Below are positions 9,332 through 19,535 of a stretch of DNA of 64,000 bases, one piece after another. Position numbers and translations under genes: made by a program. Each line of letters starts with the position of its first letter. Within the stretch, counting starts at the first letter, position 1. The notes under the pieces are model-generated. The model saw nothing but the letters and a program-made list of their open reading frames with translations, ran no database searches and had not been told where the DNA came from. Source of the DNA: Candidatus Poribacteria bacterium (GTDB lineage Bacteria; Poribacteria; WGA-4E; GCA-2687025); contig OY762492.1 of the NCBI GenBank assembly GCA_963665845.2, positions 2,112,001-2,176,000 of the forward strand, written 5' to 3'.

Positions 9332-10830
9332 ATCCAAGCGCATACGCGGTTTGGCGCGCGCTCGTCAAATCCGAGCTGCTCATGTTGAAAAACCATTTTT
9401 TTAAACTCCCGATCGCAGGGAAAATCGGCGTTGTCTTGTATCTCGCATTCATTGTGATATTGGCGGCGGGGATGGCGGGATCAACGATCGTTGCCCAGTT
9501 CACCTGGACGCTGAAGCCCGCCGATGTAGATGAAAAGATGGGACAGATCGTCTTGGGGTCTGCAGGCATCTTTCTATTGATCCTCTTCCTGTCTTTATTT
9601 ACTGCAGGAATGGGGAGTTTAAAATTGACCGATATTTCAACGCTCGCGCCGCTGCCTGTTCACAGGGGGGCGCTCTATTTCCATCGGATCGCGCGTCTTT
9701 TCACGCCTTTTCTGTTGGCTTTCCTGATTTTCATTCCTGCAGTGCGTTTGGCGGCGGCGCGTTTTCCGGTCAACCTGTTTCAAGAGGCGGTCTATTATCT
9801 TGGATGGCTCGGCCTCTGCGCATTTTGCGCAGGGCTGACGATGGCCGCCGCCGCTCTCATGTCGCGCTTCTTCGGCGTTTCGAAAAGCAAAAAAGCCTAC
9901 ACAGCGATCAGTTGTCTCTTCGCGGCGGCGTACACGATTGCGATTTTCAATATGGATCAGCTCACAGACGCTGTCCAGAGCGGCTTCAACGCCAACCCTT
10001 ACCTGTATTCCGCGCTGCCTTCCACCTGGGCGGCTCTTGCGCTCAAAGATCCGTTTCCGATATGGCAGCTCGCCGCGCTGACAGCGCTTGGCGCCGGCGG
10101 CATTCTGTTGGGATACGCCGTATTCGTCCGCGCCTTCGACATGGAAGAAGCGTTGAAGATGATCGAGATGAAGGGCAATACCGGTCAATACAAAAGCTCC
10201 GCCCGCATGAGCGGAGCCTTCGCCGCTCTTTTGCGCAAGGACATGAAACTCTTCCTCCGCAACCGTAAGTTTCTCGGCGGCGCGGTCTTCATGCTATGCC
10301 TCGGCGCAGCATGGGTCTCGATCTCATTTTTGGAAGATGTCGAGAGAACAGCTTCCATCCTGAACAGCTATGCAATCTTTGCTTCCTTCGCGATGTTGCT
10401 GTCGATGCCGATGTTGGAGGGGCGGGGCATTCTTTCTGCGCGTATGGCGATGCCGAACTTACGCGCCTTCGCGGCGGCGAAGTCGGTTGAATTCTCGACG
10501 TTCCTATTTCTTTATGCAATCGCCGCGCTGAGCGTCAAGACAAGGGCATTTCCGAACGGCGGCGACATCCTGAACGCGGCGTTGATTGGGATTGGATACG
10601 CAAACTACATCGTTGGCATGTGGTGCGCGTTTCCGCGTTTAGACGAAAAGAAACCGATCGGGCTGTCCGGTTTCGTCTTATTGCTGTTGATTTCCGCTCC
10701 GTCTGCGGTCGCATTTGGAATGACCGCCGCGGCGGCGCATGTCTCGATCGCCGCCGCTGTCTGCGCTTCAGGGCTTCTCATGCTGAACTACGGACGCAAG
10801 CGGCTTGAAAGCATGGACGCTTTATGGTGA
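9328..10830 (+). CDS. Putative ABC exporter permease, paralog 1
   Basis: Many TM segments, AFAALLRKD motif, GTG start overlapping the ATPase stop. Confidence 0.8.
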   Translation: MNPSAYAVWRALVKSELLMLKNHFFKLPIAGKIGVVLYLAFIVILAAGMAGSTIVAQFTWTLKPADVDEKMGQIVLGSAGIFLLILFLSLFTAGMGSLKLTDISTLAPLPVHRGALYFHRIARLFTPFLLAFLIFIPAVRLAAARFPVNLFQEAVYYLGWLGLCAFCAGLTMAAAALMSRFFGVSKSKKAYTAISCLFAAAYTIAIFNMDQLTDAVQSGFNANPYLYSALPSTWAALALKDPFPIWQLAALTALGAGGILLGYAVFVRAFDMEEALKMIEMKGNTGQYKSSARMSGAFAALLRKDMKLFLRNRKFLGGAVFMLCLGAAWVSISFLEDVERTASILNSYAIFASFAMLLSMPMLEGRGILSARMAMPNLRAFAAAKSVEFSTFLFLYAIAALSVKTRAFPNGGDILNAALIGIGYANYIVGMWCAFPRLDEKKPIGLSGFVLLLLISAPSAVAFGMTAAAAHVSIAAAVCASGLLMLNYGRKRLESMDALW

Positions 10831-12368
10831 ACGAATCGACCCCGCCCGCTGTTGTGAACGCGAGCGCCTACGCGGTTTGGCGCGCGCTGTTTAAGTACGA
10901 TCTCGTTGAGTGGAAAAACATTTTTCTCAAAATGCATACCGCGGTTCGCTGCGTCGTCGGATTCTTGGCGGGGCTCTGCGTTCTTGGCGCCGCGTTCGCG
11001 ACGCTCATCCCCCTGTTTCTGCCGGACCTGATTCCCAATGAGCTGCCGGACGTTGAATCGGCTTCGGCGATTTCAGCCGCCGTTTTCTTCGGCATGTTCT
11101 TTTTCTTGTTCATGATGTTATCGAATCCGCAGCTCAGTCTATCCTTGGGCAAAGTTCAGATTCTGTCGCCTCTCCCTGTTCCGTTGTCGTCGCGCTATGC
11201 GCATCGCGTATCGGGGATCGTTTTCACATTTGCCGTTCTTTATTTCATCCTAGCGCTGCCCTTCTTCTCCTACATCTGCATGGCGTATCAAGCGAATTTG
11301 TTTCAGGCGGCGGCGTATGCGATCGGCTGGGCTTCCCTTTACCTGTCCGCCGTTGGAATCTGCGTCGGCGGCGCAACGCTTCTGTCCCGCTGGTTCGGCG
11401 CCAAACGCAGCGCCAAAGCGTTCAGCGGAATCCTCTTTCTGATCATGATTCCTTCCTTTGCCGTTATGATCAACTTGGAAGCGGCGACGCTGTTCTTTGA
11501 AAGCTCCAGTTTTGAAAACGCCCTAGAATACGCTAGAAGCCTGCTTCCCTACCTGCCGTCCTCATGGACGTTCGCTGTCTTGACCGATCCGTTTGCGTTT
11601 TGGCTTCTTCTTCCGCTGCTGGCGGTCGGCGCCGCGGGCTTGTGGATTGGATACGCCGCTTTCGCGCGAACATACGATATCGAAGCGGAGCTGACGCTCA
11701 TCGATGAAAAGGCGGCGTCGGGCAAACGGGAAACGCGCGCCCGACAACGCGGAGCCTTCGCCGCGCTGCTCGCAAAGGATTTCAAGATCATTGTTCTAAA
11801 CCGCAAGATCGTTACAGGTTGGGTCTTCACGCTGGCGCTCTTCGGAGTTTATTTAGCGTACTCCATGCTGCAATCGACCAGCCCCGATCAGGTTGGAAGA
11901 ATCGCCAATTCCTATGCGATCGCCGCCTCGTTTTTTGTCGGGCTATCGCTGCCGATGTTGGAGGGCGTCGGTTTTCTTTCGGTGCGCATGGCGATGCCGC
12001 GTTTGGGCATGTTCGCCGCTTCGAAGCTGATGATGATGGTTCCGATTTTCTTTTTTTACGCGCTGATCGGCCTCGCCGCGAAGCAGAAGGCGCTGCCGTC
12101 CCTGCCGGACGCCGCGGTCGTTGCGCTGATTGCGGTAGGCCATGGCGGCTTCGGCGTCGGAATTGCATGCGCATTTGCCCGTTTTGACCCGAAAGCGCCG
12201 GTCGGATGCGCCGGCTTGTTTTACTTGTCGCTGTTTATTGCGGCAACCGGCGCTGTGTTCGGCTTCGCGCCTGTCGCTGCGCAGGGATGGATCGCCGCCG
12301 CGGTATGCGTTTCAGGCGCCGTTATGCTTCATTACGGACGCAGGCGGCTTGAAACGATGGACGCCTAA
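10824..12368 (+). CDS. Putative ABC exporter permease, paralog 2
   Basis: Shares SAYAVWRAL, GAFAALL.KD, PMLEG.G.LS.RMAMP and YGR.RLE.MDA with paralog 1. Confidence 0.8.
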   Translation: MVNESTPPAVVNASAYAVWRALFKYDLVEWKNIFLKMHTAVRCVVGFLAGLCVLGAAFATLIPLFLPDLIPNELPDVESASAISAAVFFGMFFFLFMMLSNPQLSLSLGKVQILSPLPVPLSSRYAHRVSGIVFTFAVLYFILALPFFSYICMAYQANLFQAAAYAIGWASLYLSAVGICVGGATLLSRWFGAKRSAKAFSGILFLIMIPSFAVMINLEAATLFFESSSFENALEYARSLLPYLPSSWTFAVLTDPFAFWLLLPLLAVGAAGLWIGYAAFARTYDIEAELTLIDEKAASGKRETRARQRGAFAALLAKDFKIIVLNRKIVTGWVFTLALFGVYLAYSMLQSTSPDQVGRIANSYAIAASFFVGLSLPMLEGVGFLSVRMAMPRLGMFAASKLMMMVPIFFFYALIGLAAKQKALPSLPDAAVVALIAVGHGGFGVGIACAFARFDPKAPVGCAGLFYLSLFIAATGAVFGFAPVAAQGWIAAAVCVSGAVMLHYGRRRLETMDA

Positions 12369-12369
12369 A

Positions 12370-12549
12370 ATGACGCATCCGCGCCATATCGCCGCCGTCT
12401 CCGCGCTGATTTTGCGCCCTGACGGACGCATACTGCTCATCAAAAGCCCGCGCCGCGGCTGGGAATTTCCGGGCGGACAGGTCGAAGAGGGCGAAAACCT
12501 GATTTATACAACGAACCCGTACAGGATCCATTCCCAATGGCGCATCTGA
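12370..12549 (+). pseudogene. Truncated NUDIX hydrolase
   Basis: MTHPRHIAAVSALILRPDGRILLIKSPRRGWEFPGGQVEEGENL, then similarity stops inside the Nudix box (no RExxEE). Confidence 0.75.
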
Positions 12550-14051
12550 AGCGGGCGAAGCGGCAGCCGGCGTTCTTATGGACGCTCATCAAGGCGCGGC
12601 TGCGCATCGCTTTCAATACCGCGTTCAAGAAGGGGGGAACCCGCGCCGTAGGGACGCTCATGAAGACGCTGGCGGCGGGGGCGTATCTGGCGCTTTTTGC
12701 GGCGCTATTGCGCAGTTTTTTTGTCAACTATTCGCATCCGCGCTTGGCGGCGGCAGCGGCGTTTGGGGCGGCGGCGCTGCTCATAACGGCGCGCGCCGTT
12801 CAATACGGCCTTGCGAATGCCCCAAGCAAAGGCGCCATGCGCGTCTTGGAACCGCTGCCGGTCTCCAGCCGAAAGAAGTGCGCGGCGCGCATTGCGGACA
12901 GCGTTTTCGATAACGGAACGTTTATTTTTCTAAGCGCCGGACCTGCCGCGCTCGGTTACGCGCTCGCCTTTCCGCCCAATCCGTTTCAGGCGCTCGTTTT
13001 TTTAATGGGCTGGACGGCGCTTTGGATCTCCTGCGCCAGCCTTGGAACCGCGGCGACTCTTCTGTTTGAACGTTTTGAAGCGGCGATCGGGGGCGGTCTC
13101 CGCAGCGCGTTGACCGGCGGCGTCTTGCTTGTCAGCTCCGCCGCGTTCTTTTATATTCTTCTTCTCCCCGCTGTCAGCGCGGATTCCGACTCGCCTGACA
13201 TTCTCCTCCGCGCGGAACCGCTGCTCCGCTGGGCGCCGTCGGTATGGCTCGCCGACGCCCTCATCGATCCGATCCCAATACTGCAGGCGGCGGGCTGCGC
13301 TGCGTTGGCGTCCGCCTTGACCGCAAATACGTTTCTCGTACATGCGCTCATAGGCGATACGGAGGCGGCGCTTTCTGAAACGCAGACGCGCCCGATGCGG
13401 CGGCGAAGGCGGCTCCGCCCCCGAACCGCTCTCGCCGCGCTCATCATGAAAGACCTGAAATTGAGCGTACGCCATTCGGGGCTGTTGACCAGCTGGACGC
13501 TCTCGTTTCTGTTGTTGATTGCGGTCAAAGCGTTCCAAAACTGGTCGTCTCCTGAAACGGAGCCGTCAATGGGCAACTCCGTTGGTACCATGGCGATTTT
13601 AGGCTCCATCGTTGTCGGCTTGGTCATTGCCAGCATGGACGGGCGCGCCTATCTGACGCTCCGCGCCGTCATGCCGCGCTTTCGGCTTTATGCAGCCTCC
13701 AAGACTCTCATCGCGTCCGGCGCGATCTTCGCCGCCTCTCTCTGCTCCTTCGCGGTTGAGGCGCACACCGTACCGAGCCTCGGATGGATGTTGACCGCCG
13801 CGGGAATCGCCGTCGGAAGCGGCGGCTTCTCGGTCGGGATCGGATGCCTCATGCCGCGCTTTGAGGAGGAGAACCCGATGCGCGCCGCTCATATGCAGAG
13901 CATATTGATTGTCATAATTCACGCCGCCGCAACCATCGCCTGCTTAGAGTCGTTCCCGGCGGGGTGGACGGCGGCGGTTTCATGCGCGCTCGGCGCGGCC
14001 GTCGCCCAGATCGGAGCCGAACGGCTTGAACGCATGGACGCGACGCTGTAG
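12537..14051 (+). CDS. Putative ABC exporter permease, paralog 3 (more divergent)
   Basis: Multi-TM protein with LEPLPVS, ALAALIMKD, RAVMPR and C-terminal RLERMDA. Confidence 0.75.
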   Translation: MAHLKRAKRQPAFLWTLIKARLRIAFNTAFKKGGTRAVGTLMKTLAAGAYLALFAALLRSFFVNYSHPRLAAAAAFGAAALLITARAVQYGLANAPSKGAMRVLEPLPVSSRKKCAARIADSVFDNGTFIFLSAGPAALGYALAFPPNPFQALVFLMGWTALWISCASLGTAATLLFERFEAAIGGGLRSALTGGVLLVSSAAFFYILLLPAVSADSDSPDILLRAEPLLRWAPSVWLADALIDPIPILQAAGCAALASALTANTFLVHALIGDTEAALSETQTRPMRRRRRLRPRTALAALIMKDLKLSVRHSGLLTSWTLSFLLLIAVKAFQNWSSPETEPSMGNSVGTMAILGSIVVGLVIASMDGRAYLTLRAVMPRFRLYAASKTLIASGAIFAASLCSFAVEAHTVPSLGWMLTAAGIAVGSGGFSVGIGCLMPRFEEENPMRAAHMQSILIVIIHAAATIACLESFPAGWTAAVSCALGAAVAQIGAERLERMDATL

Positions 14052-14061
14052 CCCGCGCCGC

Positions 14062-14358
14062 TCAACCTTCGATCAATTCGCCCGCCTTGACGACAAATTC
14101 CACATGGCTTCGGCGTATTTCGACGCGCACCCCGTCGGCGATGTTCACTTTCAAGAGATCGTCTTTAGCGTCATCGACGCGCCCCTGCAGTCCGCCGCGC
14201 GTGACGACGATGTCGCCTTTTGTCAGCTCTTCCAGCATTCGCCGATGCTTCTTTTCGCGCGTCCGCTGCGGACGTATCATGAGGAAATAAAACGCCAGAA
14301 CAAAAATGCCTAAAAAAATCAGCATTCCGTAGGGGGAGCCTTGCGCTTGTTCGCCCAT
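14062..14358 (-). CDS. yajC: Preprotein translocase subunit YajC
   Basis: FYFLMIRPQ, KGDIVVTRGGLQG. Confidence 0.92.
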   Translation of the reverse strand: MGEQAQGSPYGMLIFLGIFVLAFYFLMIRPQRTREKKHRRMLEELTKGDIVVTRGGLQGRVDDAKDDLLKVNIADGVRVEIRRSHVEFVVKAGELIEG

Positions 14359-14416
14359 ACACTCTCCTTTCTGTGAAAGAACTCAACCCGTTATTAGACC
14401 CACGAATCGCAGGCGG

Positions 14417-15445
14417 TTAGAGGATCAGCATCGCGTCGCCGTAGCTGTAAAAACGGTAACGCTCCCGAACCGCCGCCTCATACGCCTTGCGCATTAAATC
14501 ATACCCCGAAAATGCGGCGGTCAACATCAATAAGGACGATTTCGGCAGGTGAAAATTGGTTAAAATGCTGTCCGCCGCCTTAAACTGAAAACCAGGGGCA
14601 ATGAAAAGGCTTGTCTCGCCGTCGAACGGATGGATCGTTCCGGACGCCGCCGCCGTTTCCAGCGTCCGAACGGTCGTCGTCCCGACCGCGCAGATACGTC
14701 CGCCTTTCTCTTTAAAACGGTTCAGCCGCTCCGCCGTCTCGACAGACACCGCCGCCCTCTCCGAATGAAGATGGACATTCTCTAGATTCTCCGTTTGAAT
14801 CGGCTGAAAGGTGCCGGGACCGACATGCAGCGTGATCGTCTCTAGACCTACGCCGTTTTCTTGAAGTCGGCGCAGCGTTTCTTGGGTGAAATGAAGCCCC
14901 GCTGTCGGCGCCGCCGCGGAGCCGTCATGCCGGGCGTAAACGCACTGATACCGCTCTTTGTCGGACGCATCCGGCAGGCGGCGTATGTAAGGCGGGAGGG
15001 GGGTTTCGCCCGCTTCTTCAAGGGCGGCGTTGAAGTTTTCAACGTTGTTAAAACGGAATCGAAACGCGCCGCCCTCTGTTCGTCCGATCGTTTCGGCGCG
15101 CAAGGCTCCGCCTTTAAAAACGACCTGCGTTCCCTGTTTGAGCCGTTTGCCCGGTTTCGCCAGCGCTTCCCAGACGCCGCCGCCAAGCGGTTTGACAAGC
15201 AGCAGTTCGATCTTGGCGCCTGTCCGCTCCTTTTCTCCGCGCAGGCGGGCGGGGATGACGCGGGTGTCGTTCAACACAAGCGTCCAGCGTTCATCCAGCA
15301 GGCTTTCGATGTCGGCGAAACGGCGGTGTTCAACCGCGCCCGTCCCGCGCCAAACGACCATGAGCCGCGAGTCGCCCCGTTTTGGAGAGGGGGTTTGCGC
15401 GATCAATTCAGGCGGAAGATGATAGTCGAAGTCGGAAAGGCGCAT
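14417..15445 (-). CDS. queA: S-adenosylmethionine:tRNA ribosyltransferase-isomerase
   Basis: DFDYHLPPELIAQTP, PLPPYI, AAPTAGLHF, TNFHLPKS, YRFYSYGDAMLI. Confidence 0.97.
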   Translation of the reverse strand: MRLSDFDYHLPPELIAQTPSPKRGDSRLMVVWRGTGAVEHRRFADIESLLDERWTLVLNDTRVIPARLRGEKERTGAKIELLLVKPLGGGVWEALAKPGKRLKQGTQVVFKGGALRAETIGRTEGGAFRFRFNNVENFNAALEEAGETPLPPYIRRLPDASDKERYQCVYARHDGSAAAPTAGLHFTQETLRRLQENGVGLETITLHVGPGTFQPIQTENLENVHLHSERAAVSVETAERLNRFKEKGGRICAVGTTTVRTLETAAASGTIHPFDGETSLFIAPGFQFKAADSILTNFHLPKSSLLMLTAAFSGYDLMRKAYEAAVRERYRFYSYGDAMLIL

Positions 15446-15447
15446 CG

Positions 15448-16488
15448 TTAAAATATCGGGTTCGGTTCAAGCGATTCCGGAACAGGCTCCCCCAGATGAA
15501 CATACGCCTGCGGAGTGAGAGACCGCCCGCGCTGCGTCTTGCTAAGGAAACCGATCTGTATCAAAAACGGCTCATACACATCCTCGATGGTGCGCGCGTC
15601 CTCGCTGACAGCGGAGGCGATCGTGTTGAGTCCGGCGTATCCTCCGCGCTCAATGATCGCATGCATGATGCGCCGATCCGTTTCGTCCAGTCCGATGGAG
15701 TCGACGCCGAGCCTGTCGAGAGCGCCGCGCGCCAAGTCGTAGGTGATGACGCCGTCGCCGAGAGCGTCCGCAAAGTCGCGGATGCGGCGGAGATAACGTT
15801 TGGCGATTCGGGGCGTTCCGCGGGCGCGCTTGGCGATTTCGGCGGCGCCGTCCGCTTCCACGCGAATCTGAAACAGATCGGCGTCCCGCTGAATAATCTC
15901 CGCCAGCTCCTCGGCGCTGTAAAAATCTAGGCGCAGACGAATGCCGAACCGGTCGCGCAAGGGACCGGTCAACAGCCCCTCCCGCGTCGTCGCGCCAATC
16001 AGCGTGAAGCTGCCGAGAGGAAGGCGCACCGGACGCGCTCCTGGGCCGCCCTGCCCGATGACGATGTTCAGAAAAAAATCCTCCATCGCCGGATATAAAA
16101 GCTCCTGCGTCCGCTGGTTGACGCGGTGGATCTCGTCGATAAACAGCACCGATCCGCTATGGCTCCCGTCTTGTCTCAAGCCTGACAGGATCGACGTCAG
16201 CTCCAGCCGCTCAATGTTCGATCCGATGGCGCGGGTGAAGCCGACGCCCATCTCGTTCGCGGCGATCTCCGCCAGCGTCGTCTTGCCGAGACCCTTCGGA
16301 CCGACCAGCAGCACATGGTCAAGCGATTCCTCCCGCTGCTGCGCGGCGCGGATAAACACGCTTAGCTGATCCCGTATCTCCTCCTGCCCGATGAACTCGT
16401 CCAGAGAGCGCGGGCGGAAAGTGTGATGCGTCTGTTCATCTTCGGGCTGCTCCTCGGTTGAGGTCAGCGGCTCGCTTCTCTTTTTCAT
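15448..16488 (-). CDS. ruvB: Holliday junction branch migration helicase
   Basis: RPRSLDEFIGQ, GLGKTTLA, LFIDEIHR, GATTR, RGTPRIA, VYEPFLIQ. Confidence 0.96.
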   Translation of the reverse strand: MKKRSEPLTSTEEQPEDEQTHHTFRPRSLDEFIGQEEIRDQLSVFIRAAQQREESLDHVLLVGPKGLGKTTLAEIAANEMGVGFTRAIGSNIERLELTSILSGLRQDGSHSGSVLFIDEIHRVNQRTQELLYPAMEDFFLNIVIGQGGPGARPVRLPLGSFTLIGATTREGLLTGPLRDRFGIRLRLDFYSAEELAEIIQRDADLFQIRVEADGAAEIAKRARGTPRIAKRYLRRIRDFADALGDGVITYDLARGALDRLGVDSIGLDETDRRIMHAIIERGGYAGLNTIASAVSEDARTIEDVYEPFLIQIGFLSKTQRGRSLTPQAYVHLGEPVPESLEPNPIF

Positions 16489-17081
16489 GACGCCTTCGAT
16501 CTAGCTTGAAGCGCGGCGCGCAACAGCTCGTCCACGGAGGCGCCGTCGCCGAGACTGCGCCGCGCCTCCCGCACCGCTTTTTCCGCCTCCAGCTCCTCGG
16601 CGCCGAGAGCGACCATCGCTTTGACAGCGTCTCCGATCGGACCCTGAAGACGCATTGACCCCAGCTCCATCGGCTCAATGGCGCCCCATTTATTTTGCAG
16701 GTCAAGAATGACGCGCTGCGCCGTTTTCTTGCCGACGCCGCGCGCGCGCGCGATGGAAGCCGCGTCGCCCGACTGCACCGCGGCGACCAGCTCTTCGGGC
16801 GTCAAAACGGACAGCGCCGCCAGCGCCGACCGCGCCCCGATGCCGCTGACGCCGATCAAATCCTGAAAAATAGCCCGTTCCCTTCGGCGCAAAAAGCCGA
16901 ACAAGGTCCGCTCATCCGCCCGAACATGATCATGCGTGTAGAGATGAATCTCGCCGCCGGGATCGGGCATGTTCATGAGCGCGCGCTGCGTCACAAACGC
17001 CTCATAACCGACGCCCTGAATGTTGACAACGACCGAATTTTCGGTCGCTTCCACAAACGCGCCGCGCAGGAAGACGATCAT
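16485..17081 (-). CDS. ruvA: Holliday junction DNA-binding protein
   Basis: GVGYE, LFGF, HhH motifs VSGIGAR and GVGKKTAQR. Confidence 0.94.
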   Translation of the reverse strand: MIVFLRGAFVEATENSVVVNIQGVGYEAFVTQRALMNMPDPGGEIHLYTHDHVRADERTLFGFLRRRERAIFQDLIGVSGIGARSALAALSVLTPEELVAAVQSGDAASIARARGVGKKTAQRVILDLQNKWGAIEPMELGSMRLQGPIGDAVKAMVALGAEELEAEKAVREARRSLGDGASVDELLRAALQARSKAS

Positions 17082-17572
17082 GGTAGGCTGAACGCGGGCG
17101 AAGAAGGGGAAAGCAGACGGCAGATTGCCAGCGCCAACCCGTCCGCCGCGTCGTCCGGTTTTGGGAGATCGGGCAAGCCCAGCAGCGTCTTCGTCATATA
17201 CCGCACCTGGTCTTTAGTGGCGCGTCCGACGCCGGCGACTCCGATCTTCACCTGGCTCGGCTTGTAATGCGCGACCGGCAACCCGCTCTGCGCCGCCGCC
17301 AAGAGAGCCACCCCGCGCGCCTGCGCAACCGCGATCCCTGTCGTCACATTCTTTTTAAAAAACAGCTCCTCTACCGCCGCCTCGTCCGGCTGATGCTCCT
17401 CCATCACCTTGCGCAGACCGTCGTAAATGCGTTCCAGCCGCTTCTCGATCGCTTCGCCCGCCGGCGTCCGGATGACGTTGTGCGCGCGCCAGCGCAGCGA
17501 CCCGCCCGCGCCATGCTCCGCCACCCCGTAACCGGTGATCGCCACCCCAGGATCGATGCCCAATACCTTCAT
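17078..17572 (-). CDS. ruvC: Holliday junction resolvase
   Basis: LGIDPG, AVEELFF, AQARG, DDAADGLA. Confidence 0.95.
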   Translation of the reverse strand: MKVLGIDPGVAITGYGVAEHGAGGSLRWRAHNVIRTPAGEAIEKRLERIYDGLRKVMEEHQPDEAAVEELFFKKNVTTGIAVAQARGVALLAAAQSGLPVAHYKPSQVKIGVAGVGRATKDQVRYMTKTLLGLPDLPKPDDAADGLALAICRLLSPSSPAFSLP

Positions 17573-17575
17573 GAA

Positions 17576-18334
17576 TCACGCCGCGCTTTCCTGATACCGC
17601 TCCATCAATGCGTCGTCCATATCCATGTCTGCGTACACATTGGAAACATCGTCAAGCTCTTCCAGCGCGTCCATCAGTTTCAGCGCCTCCAGCGCCTGCT
17701 CCGCGTCCAGCTGAAGGGGCGCGGCGGGGGTCATGCGCAGGTCGGCGTTGGCGGTCGGTATCTCTTCCGCTTCCAGAGCCGCGCACACCGCATGGAACGC
17801 TTCGATGGTCGTTTCGATCTCGTAGCCGTTTTCGTCGTCGGTCACGTCGTCCGCGCCGGCGTCCAGGGCGGTCATGATCAGCGTCTCTTCGTCGGCGTCC
17901 TCTAGGTTGACAAGGATGCTTCCTTTTCGGTTGAACTTCCACGCGACCGAGTTGCGTTCGGCGAGTGCGCCGCCGTTTTTGTTGAGCGCGCGGCGCAGTT
18001 CGGCGCTGGTGCGGTGTCGGTTGTCGGTCGCCGCTTCGATATAGAGCGCGACGCCATGCGGTCCGTACGCTTCATACGCGCATTCTTCGTAGTCGGCGCC
18101 TTCCAGTTCGCCCGCGCCGCGCAGGATCGCTTTTTCGATGGTGTCGTTCGGTATATTTTCGGCGCGCGCGTTGGAGACGGCGGTGCGCAGGCGCGGGTTT
18201 GCTTCCGGATCCTTGCCGCCCACGCGCGACGCGACGGTCAGCTCGCGCAGCATCTTCGACATCATCTTGCTGCGGCGCGAATCGTTCACCGCCTTTTTTC
18301 GCTTGATTTTTGACCACTTAGAATGTCCAGCCAT
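17576..18334 (-). CDS. yebC: YebC/PmpR family protein
   Basis: MAGHSKWSKIKRKK, NPRLR, YEAYGPHG, TDNRHRT, LDDVSNVY. Confidence 0.95.
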   Translation of the reverse strand: MAGHSKWSKIKRKKAVNDSRRSKMMSKMLRELTVASRVGGKDPEANPRLRTAVSNARAENIPNDTIEKAILRGAGELEGADYEECAYEAYGPHGVALYIEAATDNRHRTSAELRRALNKNGGALAERNSVAWKFNRKGSILVNLEDADEETLIMTALDAGADDVTDDENGYEIETTIEAFHAVCAALEAEEIPTANADLRMTPAAPLQLDAEQALEALKLMDALEELDDVSNVYADMDMDDALMERYQESAA

Positions 18335-18462
18335 ACCGCCTCGCTGTTAGGTCTCGTTCGTATGCCAATTTATCTTACACGATTTGAGCCTGAACAGCAT
18401 CCTTGATCGAGCGGTCTTATAGAAATTGCCATAGACGATGATCTATTGCCGGCGGAGCGCGG

Positions 18463-19362
18463 TTAACCTCCGACGACGCCGAAATACTCCTCAAAAAAGG
18501 CGTCCGCGTCCACATCGACAGCGATGCGGTGCGGTTTCTCGCCGCCGCTGTTGAAGAGCGTCGTTCCTTCCAGGGCGGGGCTGACCGTTTCTACCGAGAC
18601 GGAGCCGTCGGCGTATTTGCAGAGGTCTGGCTTGAAGATCGCCGCGGCGGCGAGCGGGTCATGGAAGGTGATGCCGCCGCGTCCGCGGAACCATATCTCC
18701 GCCATGTCAGCGACGACGCGGAGCGGTCCGCCCGCTTTATGGAAGCGGCGTCTGCACTCGTCGGCGGGGAGCTGGCATTTGGTCGTCACTTCAAGACCAA
18801 TGGAGGTGAAGCGGGGCGGTCGGGCGCGGTAGACCATAGCGGTCGCTGTCGGGTCGCTTCGGGCGTTCCATTCGCGCGCCCCAGGTCCCGCTCCATTATT
18901 TGAGGTGAAGACGCCGCACATCAAAACAAGCTCTTTCAGCAGCGGCGGCAATTCAGGATCAACGGCGAAGAGCAGCGCGATGTTCGTCAGCGGTCCGACG
19001 GCTAGGAGCGTGATCTCGCCGGGGCGGGCGCGTATCGTTTCTTGGAGAAACGGCACGGCTGAATGCGGCGGGAAGTCGGTGCGATGGGGGCGGTCGCGGA
19101 CCGCTTCGTATTGCGGGACATGGGGCTGCCCCGGCCCTGTGAGGAGCGGTCCAGGGGCGCCCGCATGGATGGGCGTTTCAGGGGCGTCGGAGGCGCCGCA
19201 GATGAGCGCGGCTAAGGCGGCGCGCTGCTGCGTGTCGCCGGTTGCGGTTGTGACGCCAAGCAGCTCGCAACGCTCCTGACGCAGCAAATAAGCGAGGCAG
19301 ACCGCGTCGTCAATGTCGGAGCCGATGTCGGTGTCGAACAGGATGGGGGTTTTGGGGTTCAT
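18463..19362 (-). CDS. Nucleoside hydrolase (IU-NH family)
   Basis: DTDIGSDIDDA, GPLTNIA, EWN...DP, HDPLA. Confidence 0.92.
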   Translation of the reverse strand: MNPKTPILFDTDIGSDIDDAVCLAYLLRQERCELLGVTTATGDTQQRAALAALICGASDAPETPIHAGAPGPLLTGPGQPHVPQYEAVRDRPHRTDFPPHSAVPFLQETIRARPGEITLLAVGPLTNIALLFAVDPELPPLLKELVLMCGVFTSNNGAGPGAREWNARSDPTATAMVYRARPPRFTSIGLEVTTKCQLPADECRRRFHKAGGPLRVVADMAEIWFRGRGGITFHDPLAAAAIFKPDLCKYADGSVSVETVSPALEGTTLFNSGGEKPHRIAVDVDADAFFEEYFGVVGG

Positions 19363-19381
19363 GGCAGGTTCTTCCCTTTTT

Positions 19382-19535
19382 GGCAGTACACTGATATGGA
19401 GATTTCATTTTTAACCCTAAAGCGTCCGCGCCGATCGTCGTCATTCCCGCGTAAGCGGGAATCCAGAGTTCTCCAAGACAGCCTCCTCATTCCAAAACGG
19501 CTCTCTAAAATCAGCGTTATCGTCTATAGAGACTT
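19382..19535. repeat. Composite REP element
   Basis: GGCAGTAC end, CGTCATTCCCGCGTAAGCGGGAATCCAG, and a CTCTAAAATCA..ATCGTCTATAGAGACT module shared with 47160 and 57510. Confidence 0.8.

Noticed and set aside
16270-16305. RuvB Walker A reads GPKGLGKT instead of GPPGLGKT
   Set aside because: The change is at a variable P-loop position and all catalytic residues are intact.
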